A DNA stretch of 64,000 bases, taken from positions 62,001 to 126,000 of the forward strand of contig BQFW01000012.1 of assembly GCA_020891255.1 (NCBI GenBank), written 5' to 3'. Numbering within the stretch: position 1 is the stretch's first letter; each line of letters begins with the position of its first letter. Both the position numbers and the translations under genes were made by a program. The notes under the pieces were generated by a model. That model saw only the letters and a program-made list of their open reading frames with translations. It ran no database searches and was not told the origin of the DNA. The DNA is from Entomortierella parvispora E1425. Lineage: Eukaryota; Fungi; Mortierellomycota. This document shows, piece after piece, positions 35,983 to 47,966 of this stretch.

Positions 35983-37770
35983 TTCATCTTTTGCTACCCG
36001 GCGTTGGGCATTGCTGACGTGTCTGGGATCTCGTTTTGCTCGGGAGTGGTCATCGATGTACGCGGAATAATGAGGATTGACAATCTAGCCCCCGTGTTTG
36101 TCATATTTTATTTTTTTGTAACGGAGGTCAAAGTGTTTTGACGATCCTCTTGTGTCAATTTTTTGGGACAGGCACGGCCCAGCCGAGAGTGACAGGACAA
36201 GGTAGCAGATGTGGAGCAAGAGTGGTCTGATCCCTGCTGGTACCATCGACGGGTGCAACCATAAATAGTTTAACAGCGCGAGAATTCTTTGTAAAGTGCA
36301 ACCGTGCAACTTGGGGGTTATCTCTCCATACCCACAGGATCGGAGCAGTGAGGGAGGCCAACCTCTCGGTTGGACAGGTCCTCGAACCATGCGCGCAGGG
36401 GCTTGGTTGTGTTTTTCGCCTGACAAAATCGGAACGCGAATGTTGAACATGGGGAGGTGAAGCGAGCCGACCGGTGGCAATCAGGAGTATCCGATAGGAA
36501 AAGAGAGCGGGTTCCCCACAAGGACCACTCAGGCTTCGTGTAAATTCTTTGCCATTTCCACTTCAATCCGATCAGATTATGGCCGCCTGGGGAAGAACAG
36601 GGTTTCACCTCAGTGCGACAGGGTGAAGGGGGCTGGTCATCACCATCGGCGTCCGCTCGGTGGCCGCTTAAACAAAGATCGAGCCAAACCCAGCGACCAT
36701 GAGCCGCGTTTCTCTCACTGTCCCAAAGTAGCCCGATTCTTTTATTTGTTTGTTGTGCAACGTTGACGAGCCGGAGGGAACTCGAAAAAAAGGTTGGCCC
36801 AACAGGTTTTGGAAACAGCTTTTTTTTTCTGAAGAGTCCAGCCAGGCTCGTCTCGTCGCTTTGATCTAGAAGGAAAGGATTGGGGGAAGGGACGGGCGGG
36901 GGCCGGGAGACCAGAAAGCGGAGATAGGGTCGTTCGGCGAAGGAAGCGAGGACAGCGCATTGTTCAACACGTTAAAGACGACAGAGTGCGGTCGAGGTGC
37001 AGGCGGATCCAACGAGACGACAAAAGTGTATCTGTTGATGTGCAATGGGTGTCAACAAAGCTGAAGGGAAGGGTTTTCTTTTTTTACTTTCGGCTGCACA
37101 TCCATATGTACTTTGCTCCTGGCCCAGAGTTTTTTTTTCGCCTCTTTCTTCTCCACTCTCCTCCTCGCCTTCCCTTCACTTGCCCATTGCATTCACTCTC
37201 ACGGCTACATGCCTGTTGTTGCATTGCATTCATTCATTCATTTATTCATTCTCTCGATTGCTCAACTTCTTCACTTTTAGCCCGCCTCTCCTCCCACCAG
37301 CTTCACACCCTTGTGCCTTTCTTTCTTCTTCGGCGGTAGCACTATCATTTTAGGACTAGACAGGTACATATCACACACAGCCGGCCGTCCTGTAGAATTT
37401 CCATGTGAATAGAAGGGTACATGAGCATATGAGCACCTATGGATGACCATATCAGATGTTCACTCGTTGACACCCACGAGGGCTTGGATCGTCCACCGAT
37501 TGAAATAAAAGGGAGCAAAAAGTGCTCGGACCATGCAAGGCACACTTGCTTTTTTTTTCTTTCTTTAAAAGGTACACGTTCACTTACCTCTTTTCTCTCT
37601 CTCCTTGCTTCTCTGTAGACCTCACATCAACAATCCTCTCTTCTCCTTTATCTTTCTTTTCTACTCGACTTGACTGCACAGCACATCCACCTACTTCCTA
37701 CCCCAATTTTATTTTCAACCTCTCCTCTCCCAGCGCGTCCTGGTTCGCGTCTCACAGAAAGTTTCCCACC

Positions 37771-40089
37771 ATGCCCCCAGAGCGACGCGTCAATGCTTTG
37801 ACCTCACCTCGTTCACCCCTATTGCCTTCTCTTCCCCACCATCCTCAGCATCCTCTTTTCAACTCTGTGGAGGGCAGTTCCTCTCCAGACTCATATCCCA
37901 CATCTTATCACCAGGACCGACAACATAGTGCATCACCAACACGCAGAGGACACCATCGTCGACTCTCCAAACAGCAGCAGTTACGAAATGAACTCCAACT
38001 CAGGCACGAAAAGAGTATGCAGCAACAAGATCAACTGCGAACTGCCTACCTTGAGTTCCATCGCCAACGCGTAGAGTACCAGCAGCAACGACAGCCAGAT
38101 CCAAGAACCCAGTCGCGTCATTCCCACCACCATCCTCATCACCGCCGCACTCTGACCTCAAGAGTTGAGACCGATTCAACCAGAACATCCTCAGCCACTA
38201 CAACCGCAACCCCAGTGGCATCGCTTCAACTTCATCCATCATCCACTTTCCCCTCCTTCATATCCGCCTCCGCACCTCCAACCCGTCATCCTTCACCGCA
38301 CATCTTTCCTCCTCCCCATCGCACCACTCGAATTGCATCTCCACGACCACTGACCCCGCCGCCTTCTCGCACGAATCAGTATTCGGATTGGGCCACTGTT
38401 CGGGAAAGGGAGCGGGCACGACTCTTGTCCCATCTCAATTCATTTCGCGAAACCCTGGGGGCCACCGTGATGGCGCCACCTCCTCGGGCACGTCACCTTG
38501 CGCGGGAGAACCTTCAACAGCTTGCAGAAAGAATCAAACGACGTCGAGCCCGTGCCCGAGAGACCATCCTGTACGATCTACATCAAGGGGTCAAGTCTGT
38601 GGAGGCCCAAGTCCATAAGCAGGTTGAGATGGTCTTGAGTCGATTAAAGGAGGCTCCGGGTTCACGCTACGCGTTCGCATTGACCCATAGTTTCCTGTCG
38701 CAGATCCCTGCCTTGACATATGGTGGACGAAGCGAAGGAGAAGGCGAAACAACCTCCGTTCAGAACGAAGAAGACAACGGACAAAGCGAGGATCAAATGA
38801 AGGAAGACCAACAACAGCAACAACAACAGCAACACGCAGACTTGGAGGCTTCTTTTGACGCTGTGGCATTGGGCTGTGACAGCGGTGGCGCTCAAAAGGA
38901 TGGTCAGAGACAGCTTACGATCTCAAGTTCTGGAGCCTCCGAAGTCTTGTCAGCGTGCCTCAACACGTCCTACACAACCGCATGCTCCCAGGTCTTGAAT
39001 GCTGCGTTGCCTTCGTTCATCCCCTCCATGGTCGCACCGTTGGTCTGTGTGTTTTCTTACCCAGCTCCTTCCACCACCGCCCCACGATCAGAATCAAAGG
39101 GGTTTGTGTATCCTTGGGGTCTCCCTGGTGACGGACATCCGAACAAATCGGCAACAGCCCCTTCTTCTTTGTCACCAGCAGAAACGACACCCTTGGATGC
39201 CACGGCGACGAACCATCCAGAGGAAAGACAGGGCAGTCCGCATGGCACTCCAGATCCAGGAATCGTGGTTCTTCATAAAAAGAGCTGGACCCAGGCAGAG
39301 CGCGAAGCCTTGTATTTGGCGGCTACGCGGTTCCGGTTGCAGGGTCAATGGTCCAAGATCCGAGAGATGATGAACCTTCACCGAACAGACAAGGAGATCG
39401 AGGCCGAGTACAAGAAGCTGTACTGCCCACGCGAGGATGGTGCGCTGGAGGAGGACGACGATGATGACAGCGATGTCCTTGAGGAAATGGACGAGCATGA
39501 TGACGAGGAGTCTGAGCCTGTGCAAGGGATGCAGAGTAGCGACAGTGGCATGGATGAGGATCAGGACAGCGCTACCACAACTACCGCCACCACCCGTCCC
39601 AACTACCGTCGACGACGCGCTGCTACCACGGATGGCGAGGCCGATGACGAAGCAGAGACGGAACCCATCGTGTTTATGAAGTTTGGCGGCACACATGCCC
39701 GTCGATCCCAGGTTCAAATGCAAAATCAACTCTACCAATACCGTCAAAGTCAATACCCCGCCTTGGATCGGACTGGTTCGCCCTGCCAGAACATGACGAT
39801 GGCTGCCCGCCAGCAGGCCTATGGCAATAATAGCCCCCCCGCCCGCGATGGCGCGTCTCCGTTCCAGAGCAATTTGAGTCTGCATCCAATCCCGAGTCTG
39901 GACAGCAGCCCCGTGGTCTCTCGGCCCATGACCCCCCATGAACAGCAACAGCAGCCTCATGGACAGACTGAGTTGACCATGGATCCTCGTCAGAGACCAG
40001 CCGTGACCGAGCCGCCGATCCGGATCTTTAAGAGCGAATTCATGATTGACAAGCGATTCGTGCTCGAGGAGATCCCCATGCACATTTGA
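37771..40089 (+). CDS. Low-complexity protein with one Myb/SANT-like domain
   Basis: Long open ORF from MPPERRV; KKSWTQAEREALYLAATRFRLQGQWSKIREMMNLHRTDKEIEAEYKKL shows Myb-type Trp spacing. Confidence 0.75.
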   Translation: MPPERRVNALTSPRSPLLPSLPHHPQHPLFNSVEGSSSPDSYPTSYHQDRQHSASPTRRGHHRRLSKQQQLRNELQLRHEKSMQQQDQLRTAYLEFHRQRVEYQQQRQPDPRTQSRHSHHHPHHRRTLTSRVETDSTRTSSATTTATPVASLQLHPSSTFPSFISASAPPTRHPSPHIFPPPHRTTRIASPRPLTPPPSRTNQYSDWATVRERERARLLSHLNSFRETLGATVMAPPPRARHLARENLQQLAERIKRRRARARETILYDLHQGVKSVEAQVHKQVEMVLSRLKEAPGSRYAFALTHSFLSQIPALTYGGRSEGEGETTSVQNEEDNGQSEDQMKEDQQQQQQQQHADLEASFDAVALGCDSGGAQKDGQRQLTISSSGASEVLSACLNTSYTTACSQVLNAALPSFIPSMVAPLVCVFSYPAPSTTAPRSESKGFVYPWGLPGDGHPNKSATAPSSLSPAETTPLDATATNHPEERQGSPHGTPDPGIVVLHKKSWTQAEREALYLAATRFRLQGQWSKIREMMNLHRTDKEIEAEYKKLYCPREDGALEEDDDDDSDVLEEMDEHDDEESEPVQGMQSSDSGMDEDQDSATTTTATTRPNYRRRRAATTDGEADDEAETEPIVFMKFGGTHARRSQVQMQNQLYQYRQSQYPALDRTGSPCQNMTMAARQQAYGNNSPPARDGASPFQSNLSLHPIPSLDSSPVVSRPMTPHEQQQQPHGQTELTMDPRQRPAVTEPPIRIFKSEFMIDKRFVLEEIPMHI

Positions 40090-40334
40090 GGCAGAAGAGT
40101 TGTTAATGACGATCAATGATGATACATGTGTTGTTATGACAATATGACAATAAAAGCAGCAGTTTTTTTCATTCAAAAATGGAACATAGTATGGCCTGAT
40201 CCACAGATAACACCATGTACATTTGCCCGATTGGCGACTAGCGCCTCATGCAATCAGTGTTCCTTGAGGCACTGACTTTCAAATGAATAAGAGTATGCAC
40301 TCGTTCTAGATTTTATTATTCTTTATTTTTTTTT

Positions 40335-43300
40335 TTACATGAGTCCAAATCCTTCTGCATTGCCGATAGCTGTCAGCAGCCGCTCCTGTAGCCGCTCCTT
40401 CGTGCTGTAGGTGCAGAGCATGAGCGTATTATAGCAAGTATGACTCGTGGGCAACCGCATCGAATCCGGGCCGTTCTTGGAGATGGTAAAGGACAGTTGA
40501 CCCAGCCCCCCGATCGGCACCCGATCCGATCCGGTGGCAAAGAACAGGAGCCGTTTCTTGTCCTTGTCCTCGTACGCGTGCACGATTTCCCAAAACCATT
40601 TGATGATCTTTGAACTCGCCGTGAACCCTCCTTCATATTGCGTGATCTCCTGGAGGGCCTTGAAATCCAGAATGGGGGATCCACAAATCAACTGCTCTAC
40701 CTCTTCGGGCCGGAACAGCTATCAGAGAAAAAAGAAAAAAGATTAGGTGGGGATCCACATTCAATATTGGTGTGCAAAAAAAAAAAAAAAAAAGAGAATC
40801 TCTGTCCATGTGCAGCCCATACCTGGATAGCGCTCCCAAGAGTGACGAGATGGAACCCCTCACTGAATGCCTTGAACTGTTTCGCGATCGAGGTTGTAAA
40901 ATAAAACTTCAAGTACTCCTTGATGTACTCTTGTCGATTGTCATTTGTCAGAGGGATGTTGATCCCATCCGGCACAAGATCGTGTTTGAATGTCTGACCA
41001 AACGATTCGTATTCAACCTGGAAGGTCCTCTCGTACGCCTCTTGCACATTGCCCTCAAAAGTCTCTAGTTGACCCAACCCCTTGGCTAGAAGCTATCCAT
41101 TCAAAAAACGGACAAAATGAATCGGATAAAAAAAAAAAAAGGAGTTGGGCGTTAGAAATCGATAAAAGAGCAAACCATGCACCTGCGCCCACAGCTCTGA
41201 GCTACAATGAGACGGATTTGACCAGAAACACAAGAGCTTTTAGCACATGCACAGGCACATGCCCATGTCCTCATTCCCTTTTCTGTTGGTTATCAAGACT
41301 CTCAATGCCATTGGCTGGCCAAGTCCTGCTTCTTCATTTTCCATCCATCGTGAAGGGAAAGAGCAATGGTTCTCGTTTCATATCTGTTCACTTTACCGGG
41401 TCCACTTCCCATAGGTCATCTAGTGTCCATTGGGCATCCAGTTTTCGAGGGTCTCCCTGTGGTTCCGCTACGACAGCTAATTTCTTGTAAAGGGCTAAAG
41501 GAAAGTGAATGTCCAGAATTACGCCATTGTAAATCGCGAGACCAATCAGTCGCCCGACCATGTTGTATTCATCCAGGGCAAGTTCGTCGTCCAGAGGACT
41601 CTGTGCGAACCAGCAGAGGCGGGATTCCTCATTGGTGGTGAACATGCCTAGGGGACAATCACAAATGAGGTAAAGTAAGTTGATTGCCCGAATATTCATG
41701 TGAAAAAGGACCACGACCGCCAGCTTACCGTATTTCGGATCTATGAGTTCTCGCATTGCCAGCTGGAAAAACTCTTTCTGGACTCCACCTTCATCGATAC
41801 CCTCCTCATTCACAAACTTGATCTGCAGTTGCTTCTTTAAATCTTCATGAGTCTTGTTTTGAAGTTGAACCAACGCATCCTCGATGATGAAATCTCGTCG
41901 GATCGTCAGGACCAAATAGGGTGGGTTCACACCAGCAAACAGCGCGCGAAAGAAGGCCAGCTATCGGGAATTGAAACGAAAATAAAAATACAAAGGTTAG
42001 GGAGGCGAACGATCGACCCACTTTTGTTGCTACCAAACATAAAAAAATCACAAAAAATTCGAACCTGCAGCTTTTCTCGCATCAGCACCGATGACTCCAG
42101 CTTCAGGATATTGGCCTTTGTCGTCACTGTCAGCACAAAGGGAAAACTGCAGAGTGAAAATGTCTTTTCCCGGAATCGTTTAAAGTCGTCCATGAAATCG
42201 ATAAAACCGTTCAAGGACTCGTTGTAGAACTCGTTGTACTTGATCAACTTTGCCTCTAGGTTGATATGATCTAGAGTACCCATAGTAACCTGTTAGATCT
42301 TTACCAGCATCAAGGTCATAAAATTTGGAAAAGAGACTTACAAAAGAAGTAGAGGCATTTCAACGCCGACTTGACGTTATCATCCAGGTTGGCGGTACTA
42401 CACGGCAATCCGGCCCTGGTCAGATAGGACTCGATCAGCTCGACTCGGGAGTTAATATATCGATGCACGAGCCAGACAAGCCAAGACAATGTGTCTTCCA
42501 AGGAGGCGACACCAGTCCCTGAATTAGGTCGCGGTGTCACCAGATAGTATTGCAAAACTCTTTGACATGGTACCGTGGATCGCCACACGATCTGGCAAAG
42601 ATTTGAGACCAAACTTGTTTGCCATGGATTTTCTTTCAGGATCGGGTACTACAATCCAAATAAGAAGCGTTGCAATGGTTAGAAGCCTTTTAGAAGCGTG
42701 GGGTTAGGTGCGTGTGGCAAGGGAGACGCTGCAAGGAACTATACCATAAATATGATGATGATGCCCTTCATTAATCGAGGCGTAACGAGATCTGGTCTGG
42801 CCGCCACAGAACTCATGATCCTGTCCGATGCTGATGCGATCAAGACCTGGGCCTCGGCCGGGCATTCACGCAGTAACCAGTAAGCCTGCTGCACATCTGA
42901 AAGAAGCAACGAGAATGGATTCTTGGGGTCTTTTGTAGGCTAAAAGCACATATACACAGGTATTAGCATCTCATACCACGATAAAGACAGCCTCCGTCTC
43001 CGCAAGAAAACTTACATCCGCAAAGCTGAGAGAGAGTCTCGAGAGAGAGGAAAACACGATCTGCAATCGGGCATTGAGGGGTGTGTAGTCCTGGTCTTCT
43101 TTGCACTTGTCAATTAGATTCTTAAATGTGACAATATCCAGATCCACGTTGGGGTCTTATAGGAGATAACAAGAAAAAAGAGAAAAACGAGCGAAGGTTA
43201 TTTCATACACTTGCTTCCGCTCCATATGGTCTTTGGTCTTCTAGCACGAGGATAGTACGGTAATAACTGGTACTTACCAGCCGTAATCTCTCCTTTGGCG

Positions 43301-44875
43301 CCATTGGGTGGGGTAGGTTGAGTCACCAATCGTGGGCATAGGCCGCTCATCCCGCTCGTCGTCGCGGCTTCTATTGCCTTGGCCGCAATCTCCTTGGTAT
43401 CTTTGAGCGAAAAGGATGGATTGGAGGCACATAGGGGGGTAGAGCAAGGCACAAAGCCGCAACCTTGCAAAAACTGGCGTAGGTACCTACAGTCGGTGTT
43501 GTTTGTGTCGCGTGTTAATTTTTTTTCTCTAATTGTGCGTGCGCAGGGTCCATGCGCGATCTGCCCGTAGCAAACATTTCCAGCTCTTCTCCTTTTCATT
43601 AGTCCAAGGGGTCCTGTTGTTGCTTACCTCGTCACAAGTTTTTGATCTGCAATAGTTCCGTTTGTTGGAATACCTCCTGCTACTTCTGGCAGCCCATTCC
43701 AAGATCCCTGTGGCAGCTGTCCTTGACCATGACCCTGTGGTATATGTGGGGCCATAGCCGTACTGCTACTACTGCTACTAGTTCCATTGTAGTCGACCTG
43801 TCTCTGTAGCTGCTGGTGCTGGTGTTGTCCTTGTTGTTGAGCTTGTATTTCCTGCATTTGCTGCAATTGTTGCTGTTGCTGCAGTAACATTTGTTGTTGA
43901 TGTTGCTGTGCTAGTAACTGTTGCTGCTGCATTTGTAATTGTGTTGCGGTTGTAGCAGACGTCGTCGTCACCGCTGTGGAGGTTGGTGTTGGTGTTGTCG
44001 CTATCGTGGTAGCTGCCGATACCGAGTCTGTCAAGGTATGATTGCGTCCGTGGCGGATAACAGATGAAGAGGAGGAAGAGGGAGGCAAGGAACTCTGTGA
44101 CCGCATAGCTCCTGGTCCCGCCGATCCTGATCCTGATCCTGATCCTGATCCCGACGATGACCCCCCTGACGCTATCCGTGATTGTTGAAGCAGCTGGGAT
44201 GATCTCTGCTGAGGTGGGTATGGCTAATTTTGTTCAAGAAATTCCGTTCAAAATTCTCCAATGTTAAATCGTTTGAATTCATGCAGAATTAAAAAAAAAA
44301 AAAAAATGGCAGACTTGAAAATGTTGGCTTTCTTACGTGACCAGGCATCGCTGCAGGGACATGACGTCTTCGCTGAAGCTGGCTTGCGCTGCTAGAGGAA
44401 GACATGTTGAAAAAGCAGATAATGTCAGTCAATGCATCGGTTGAAAAGAGATGCTTTGGTTGGATCTCTTTCTGTTTCTTTTCTTTCTTTCACGTTGTAG
44501 ACTTGGGTGAACATAAGCATACCTTCGAGATCCTGCCGCCGACGAGCCTGCCGCTGTGGCAATCATCGAGGTGGACGATGATGAATTTCTTGGTGCGGTC
44601 TTTGTGGTGCCATAGAGGGATCCCAGTGCGGAAGAAGAGTCGCCTCGATCAAGACATACCATCTCTTCCGAAGTCTCTGAGGTGTCAGCCTGCTTTGCCG
44701 CTGCGGACGAAATGGTATGGTCCATTGCAGTCTCACCATGACCATTGCTGAGATTGCTGTCAATGCTCTGAGTGGGAGGATGAGGATGAGGGGCAGAAGG
44801 AGGTGCAGGGTCGCCGTTCTCCGAGATGTCCATGTCGTCTTCATGGTGAGACTGAGGGTCCTGGGCTTTGTCCAT
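40335..44875 (-). CDS. HECT E3 ubiquitin ligase, UBE3A/E6AP-like, with AZUL zinc-binding motif; multi-exon
   Basis: AZUL-like [17 protein letters not shown]...LCP; HECT entry [43 protein letters not shown]; catalytic LPTSHTCYN; ends NAEGFGLM. Confidence 0.9.
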
Positions 44876-45515
44876 TTCGTGTTTAGTGCAGCTTGATGAG
44901 CACTGAAATGGACTCTTATTCGATGGAGGAGAGAAAGAGAAGAGGAGGAAATAGAATAAGGGAGCTGTCCGCAGACAGAAAGGTAAGGATATAGAGGGAG
45001 AGAAGGCGAGAACGAAGGAAAGGAAAGGGAAAGACGGAGGGAGGTGAGGAAAGAAAAGGAACAAAGGGGTTTCTAGACGCTTTGTCGAGTCCATCGCATT
45101 CAGGAACCCTAAATGGGCACATGGTGGTCGCACAGTCTCTCCTTTTCTTGCTTTCGTGTCTGTGCTTTTTTATCTCTCTCCTCTCCTCTCCTCTTCTCTC
45201 CTCTCCTCTCCTCGTCTCATCTTCCAGGGTGGCGACAATCAGTCTTCCTCTTCTATGGTACAATGATGCGGGGTTTATTATGACAGGCAGATAGGCCGCA
45301 GCAGATTCCAGTTCCCGAGTGCTCAAATGCTGCCCTCGATGCTCGGTCTCCTGTTCCTATCCAAATGCAGGATGATGGCTCTTGTTTTCTTTCATTTCTC
45401 CTTGCCGCTTTCTAGGTGTTTGCATGTTCTCAGAGAGTCGGTCGAGTCCAGATCCCGATTCTTCAATAAGACCAGACCAACTTTGTGTCTTTCTGTTTCT
45501 TGTTTCACCACAGCT

Positions 45516-46846
45516 TTAGTAATCCTCATCGTCCTCCTCGCCTTCCATCTCCTCCTCTGGCTCCTTGGGTTCCTGATCCTCTCCAAACTGGATGGCATTG
45601 TCCACATGTGACAGAATAGCAGTGATCGAGTCCTCATCCGTCACGTTCAAGGGCAAGAATGCCACCATGTTGAATTCATCCACCAGTCCTGCAATCGCGC
45701 TGTTCAGTTGATGATATTTAGGACTCGTCTTTGCATTCACGTCCTCCAACAACAGCAATGGGTCAGGGTTGTAGTATCTATTGCAGATAAATAAAAGCGG
45801 GTCAGGGTCAAAGTTTCTTCCTCCGTTGTCGATCCAATGTCCAGTTTTTTTTTGCCTTCAAGCCTTCCTGTTTACTCGTTCCTTCATACCTTTCCAGCTC
45901 AGTGGCCTTCATCTTGGGCAAGAGATCCATCTTGCTCAGAACGTTGATATGGGGAATCTCCAAGTTGACCATTGCACTCATCGCACTCATGACACCTGCA
46001 AAGAATTTTGACTTGTCCTCCACGAATTGCTATCAACCATCAAAATCAACAATATTCAGTCAGTCAATCGAATCCAGAGTGAAAGCCAAAAAAAAAAAAA
46101 AATCTCAACTTACAGACTCCAACAGATAAACACCGCAGATGGCAATGTTCAACCGTCCGAGGGCCTCCACCAACCGTTTCATGATATCGAAATGGGTATA
46201 GAGCTCAATCTGGCCTGGGCAATCAATGATCAGGTAGTCGTCTGTGTAAGCTCCCACTTCATCCTCGAACCAGTCCAAGTTGTTCATCAAGAATTCCATG
46301 CAGTAGATCAATCCACCGTTGGGTCCATAGTTCAGTTCCTCCATCACATCCTCCAACGAGATCAAATCCTTGATATCTATAGCATGAGGCAATAAATGAA
46401 ATCCGTTAGATCATTTGCTGCATCATAGCCCTGCCTAGGTTGTTTCTGTGCAAGAAGGACATGTTTGCTCTTTCCGTTGCTTACCAATAGAGGGTTCATA
46501 TTCAAATTTCTCGGCAGCGGGGTCCAAGTTGACCAGATGCACAGGACGTCCAATGTTCTGACAGTGGGTCATGATTGTGGTGCAGTATGTGGACTAAATA
46601 GTCAAATGTTGCAAAAAATCTCAAGGTCAGATAAAACAGACGCTTTTGACAAAGTTCAAGGCATCTCCATGACATCATTGCTATTCCATTACCTTTCCAC
46701 TTCCTGCTGGTCCCATGACAAGTTGGCAATAGCGACCCCTATAGAATGATCCCCCACCATTGATTGTTATCGTTGTTTCGTCATTAGTAAGCAAGTGCTT
46801 CGAAACAAAGAGAAAAAAAAAAAGGAAGAAAACTCGGTCGTTACAT
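45516..46846 (-). CDS. GPN3: GPN-loop GTPase 3, multi-exon
   Basis: [62 protein letters not shown] and [11 protein letters not shown]. Confidence 0.93.
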
Positions 46847-47966
46847 TGTAATTCAAATGTGTTGAGAGGTGAGTTGTTTGGTGGTAGCTGTTCTGGCGGT
46901 AGTGAGTCCTGTCCGGTCTGTCCTTTGTCAATGGTCCTCGAGCTTGGTCGAATGTCGGTCTGGTTGGGCGAAAGAAAGTTGCATGCACCGCGTGGGTGCC
47001 ATGAGACAAAGAGACCACCCACTGCACTGCGCGGTGTCAACAGCCGAGCCACCGATTCAGCAGTCACTTTTTTTTTTTTGGATCCGTTTGCAGGAGACGC
47101 GACCTGGTAAATCTTACCCTAGACTTCAAAGTGCACTTCCTACACCGCTCAGTTGAGTATAGGCACCTGTACTTATTCATCGTGTTGTGAGGATGATTTT
47201 TATTATGCGATTGGAGAGAAAGAAGCAAACAGACAATAAGCAAACGAATGGATTGAGCTGCAAACGAAGATAAAAAAAAAGAAGCGATGTAAAAAAAAAG
47301 ACCAGGCGAACGCCTTCCCAGCCAGCTGGGGAGGAGGGGGGGATCTTTACAATAAATGACACGTAGGGTCCACAACAGCAGTCGATGCCTGCACATTCCT
47401 AAGAGCTCATTTTACCCCATCATGAGTACGAAAAGAAGCTTAGAGGAAAAAAGTGAAGAAGCACCAAAGATAAAACGCGGAAAGAATAAATAATAAATGA
47501 GAAAGGTCTGAGATGCGGCGAACGGTCCTTCCTAGAAAGACAAGACGGGTCGAGCCAAAAGAAGGCTCGCGTCGTTTTCGAAATAAGAATGATAATATAC
47601 AGAGGTAGTTTTGACTCCACTGTCTGTCGTGCTTGTCCTGAGGCCGGGTGAGGATGGAGAGGATGAGCAGGCATGAGGAATTGGGAGAAAGAAGCGGGGC
47701 GCGGGTTTTTGTGAAATTGCAAGCCCGCACAGGCACATGGGTTAGATAGCCCGCATCCAGGAATAGGACAACTCTCCGAGGCAAAGTGGCAGATGAGACC
47801 GCCAATGCTTTTGTGTCCTTCTTTCTGTGCCTCCACAATCTTTGATTCCTGGCGGACTTTTTGTCGTTCCCTTCTTTTTTCCATCCTCATGCAACTTTTT
47901 TGTACCCTCGCCCTTCGGCCTTTCTTTCTTGATCCACAGAAAGCAAGGGGGAAAAAAGCTGTTTTT

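Larger units (their letters stand above)
35657..35994. repeat. Near-perfect inverted repeat: two ~143-bp arms with a 52-bp spacer, each arm holding a tRNA-Glu and its flanks
   Basis: 35657-35799 pairs with 35852-35994 with one mismatch as read. Confidence 0.9.

Noticed and set aside
35446-36141. ORFs MSLSPTRPGFDP... and MVQWSGFVAL...
   Set aside because: These are translations of the tRNA-Glu copies.
39172-40176. Long antisense ORFs (also 58507-59223, 59609-60256, 60253-61242 and others)
   Set aside because: They are shadows of low-complexity coding genes on the opposite strand.
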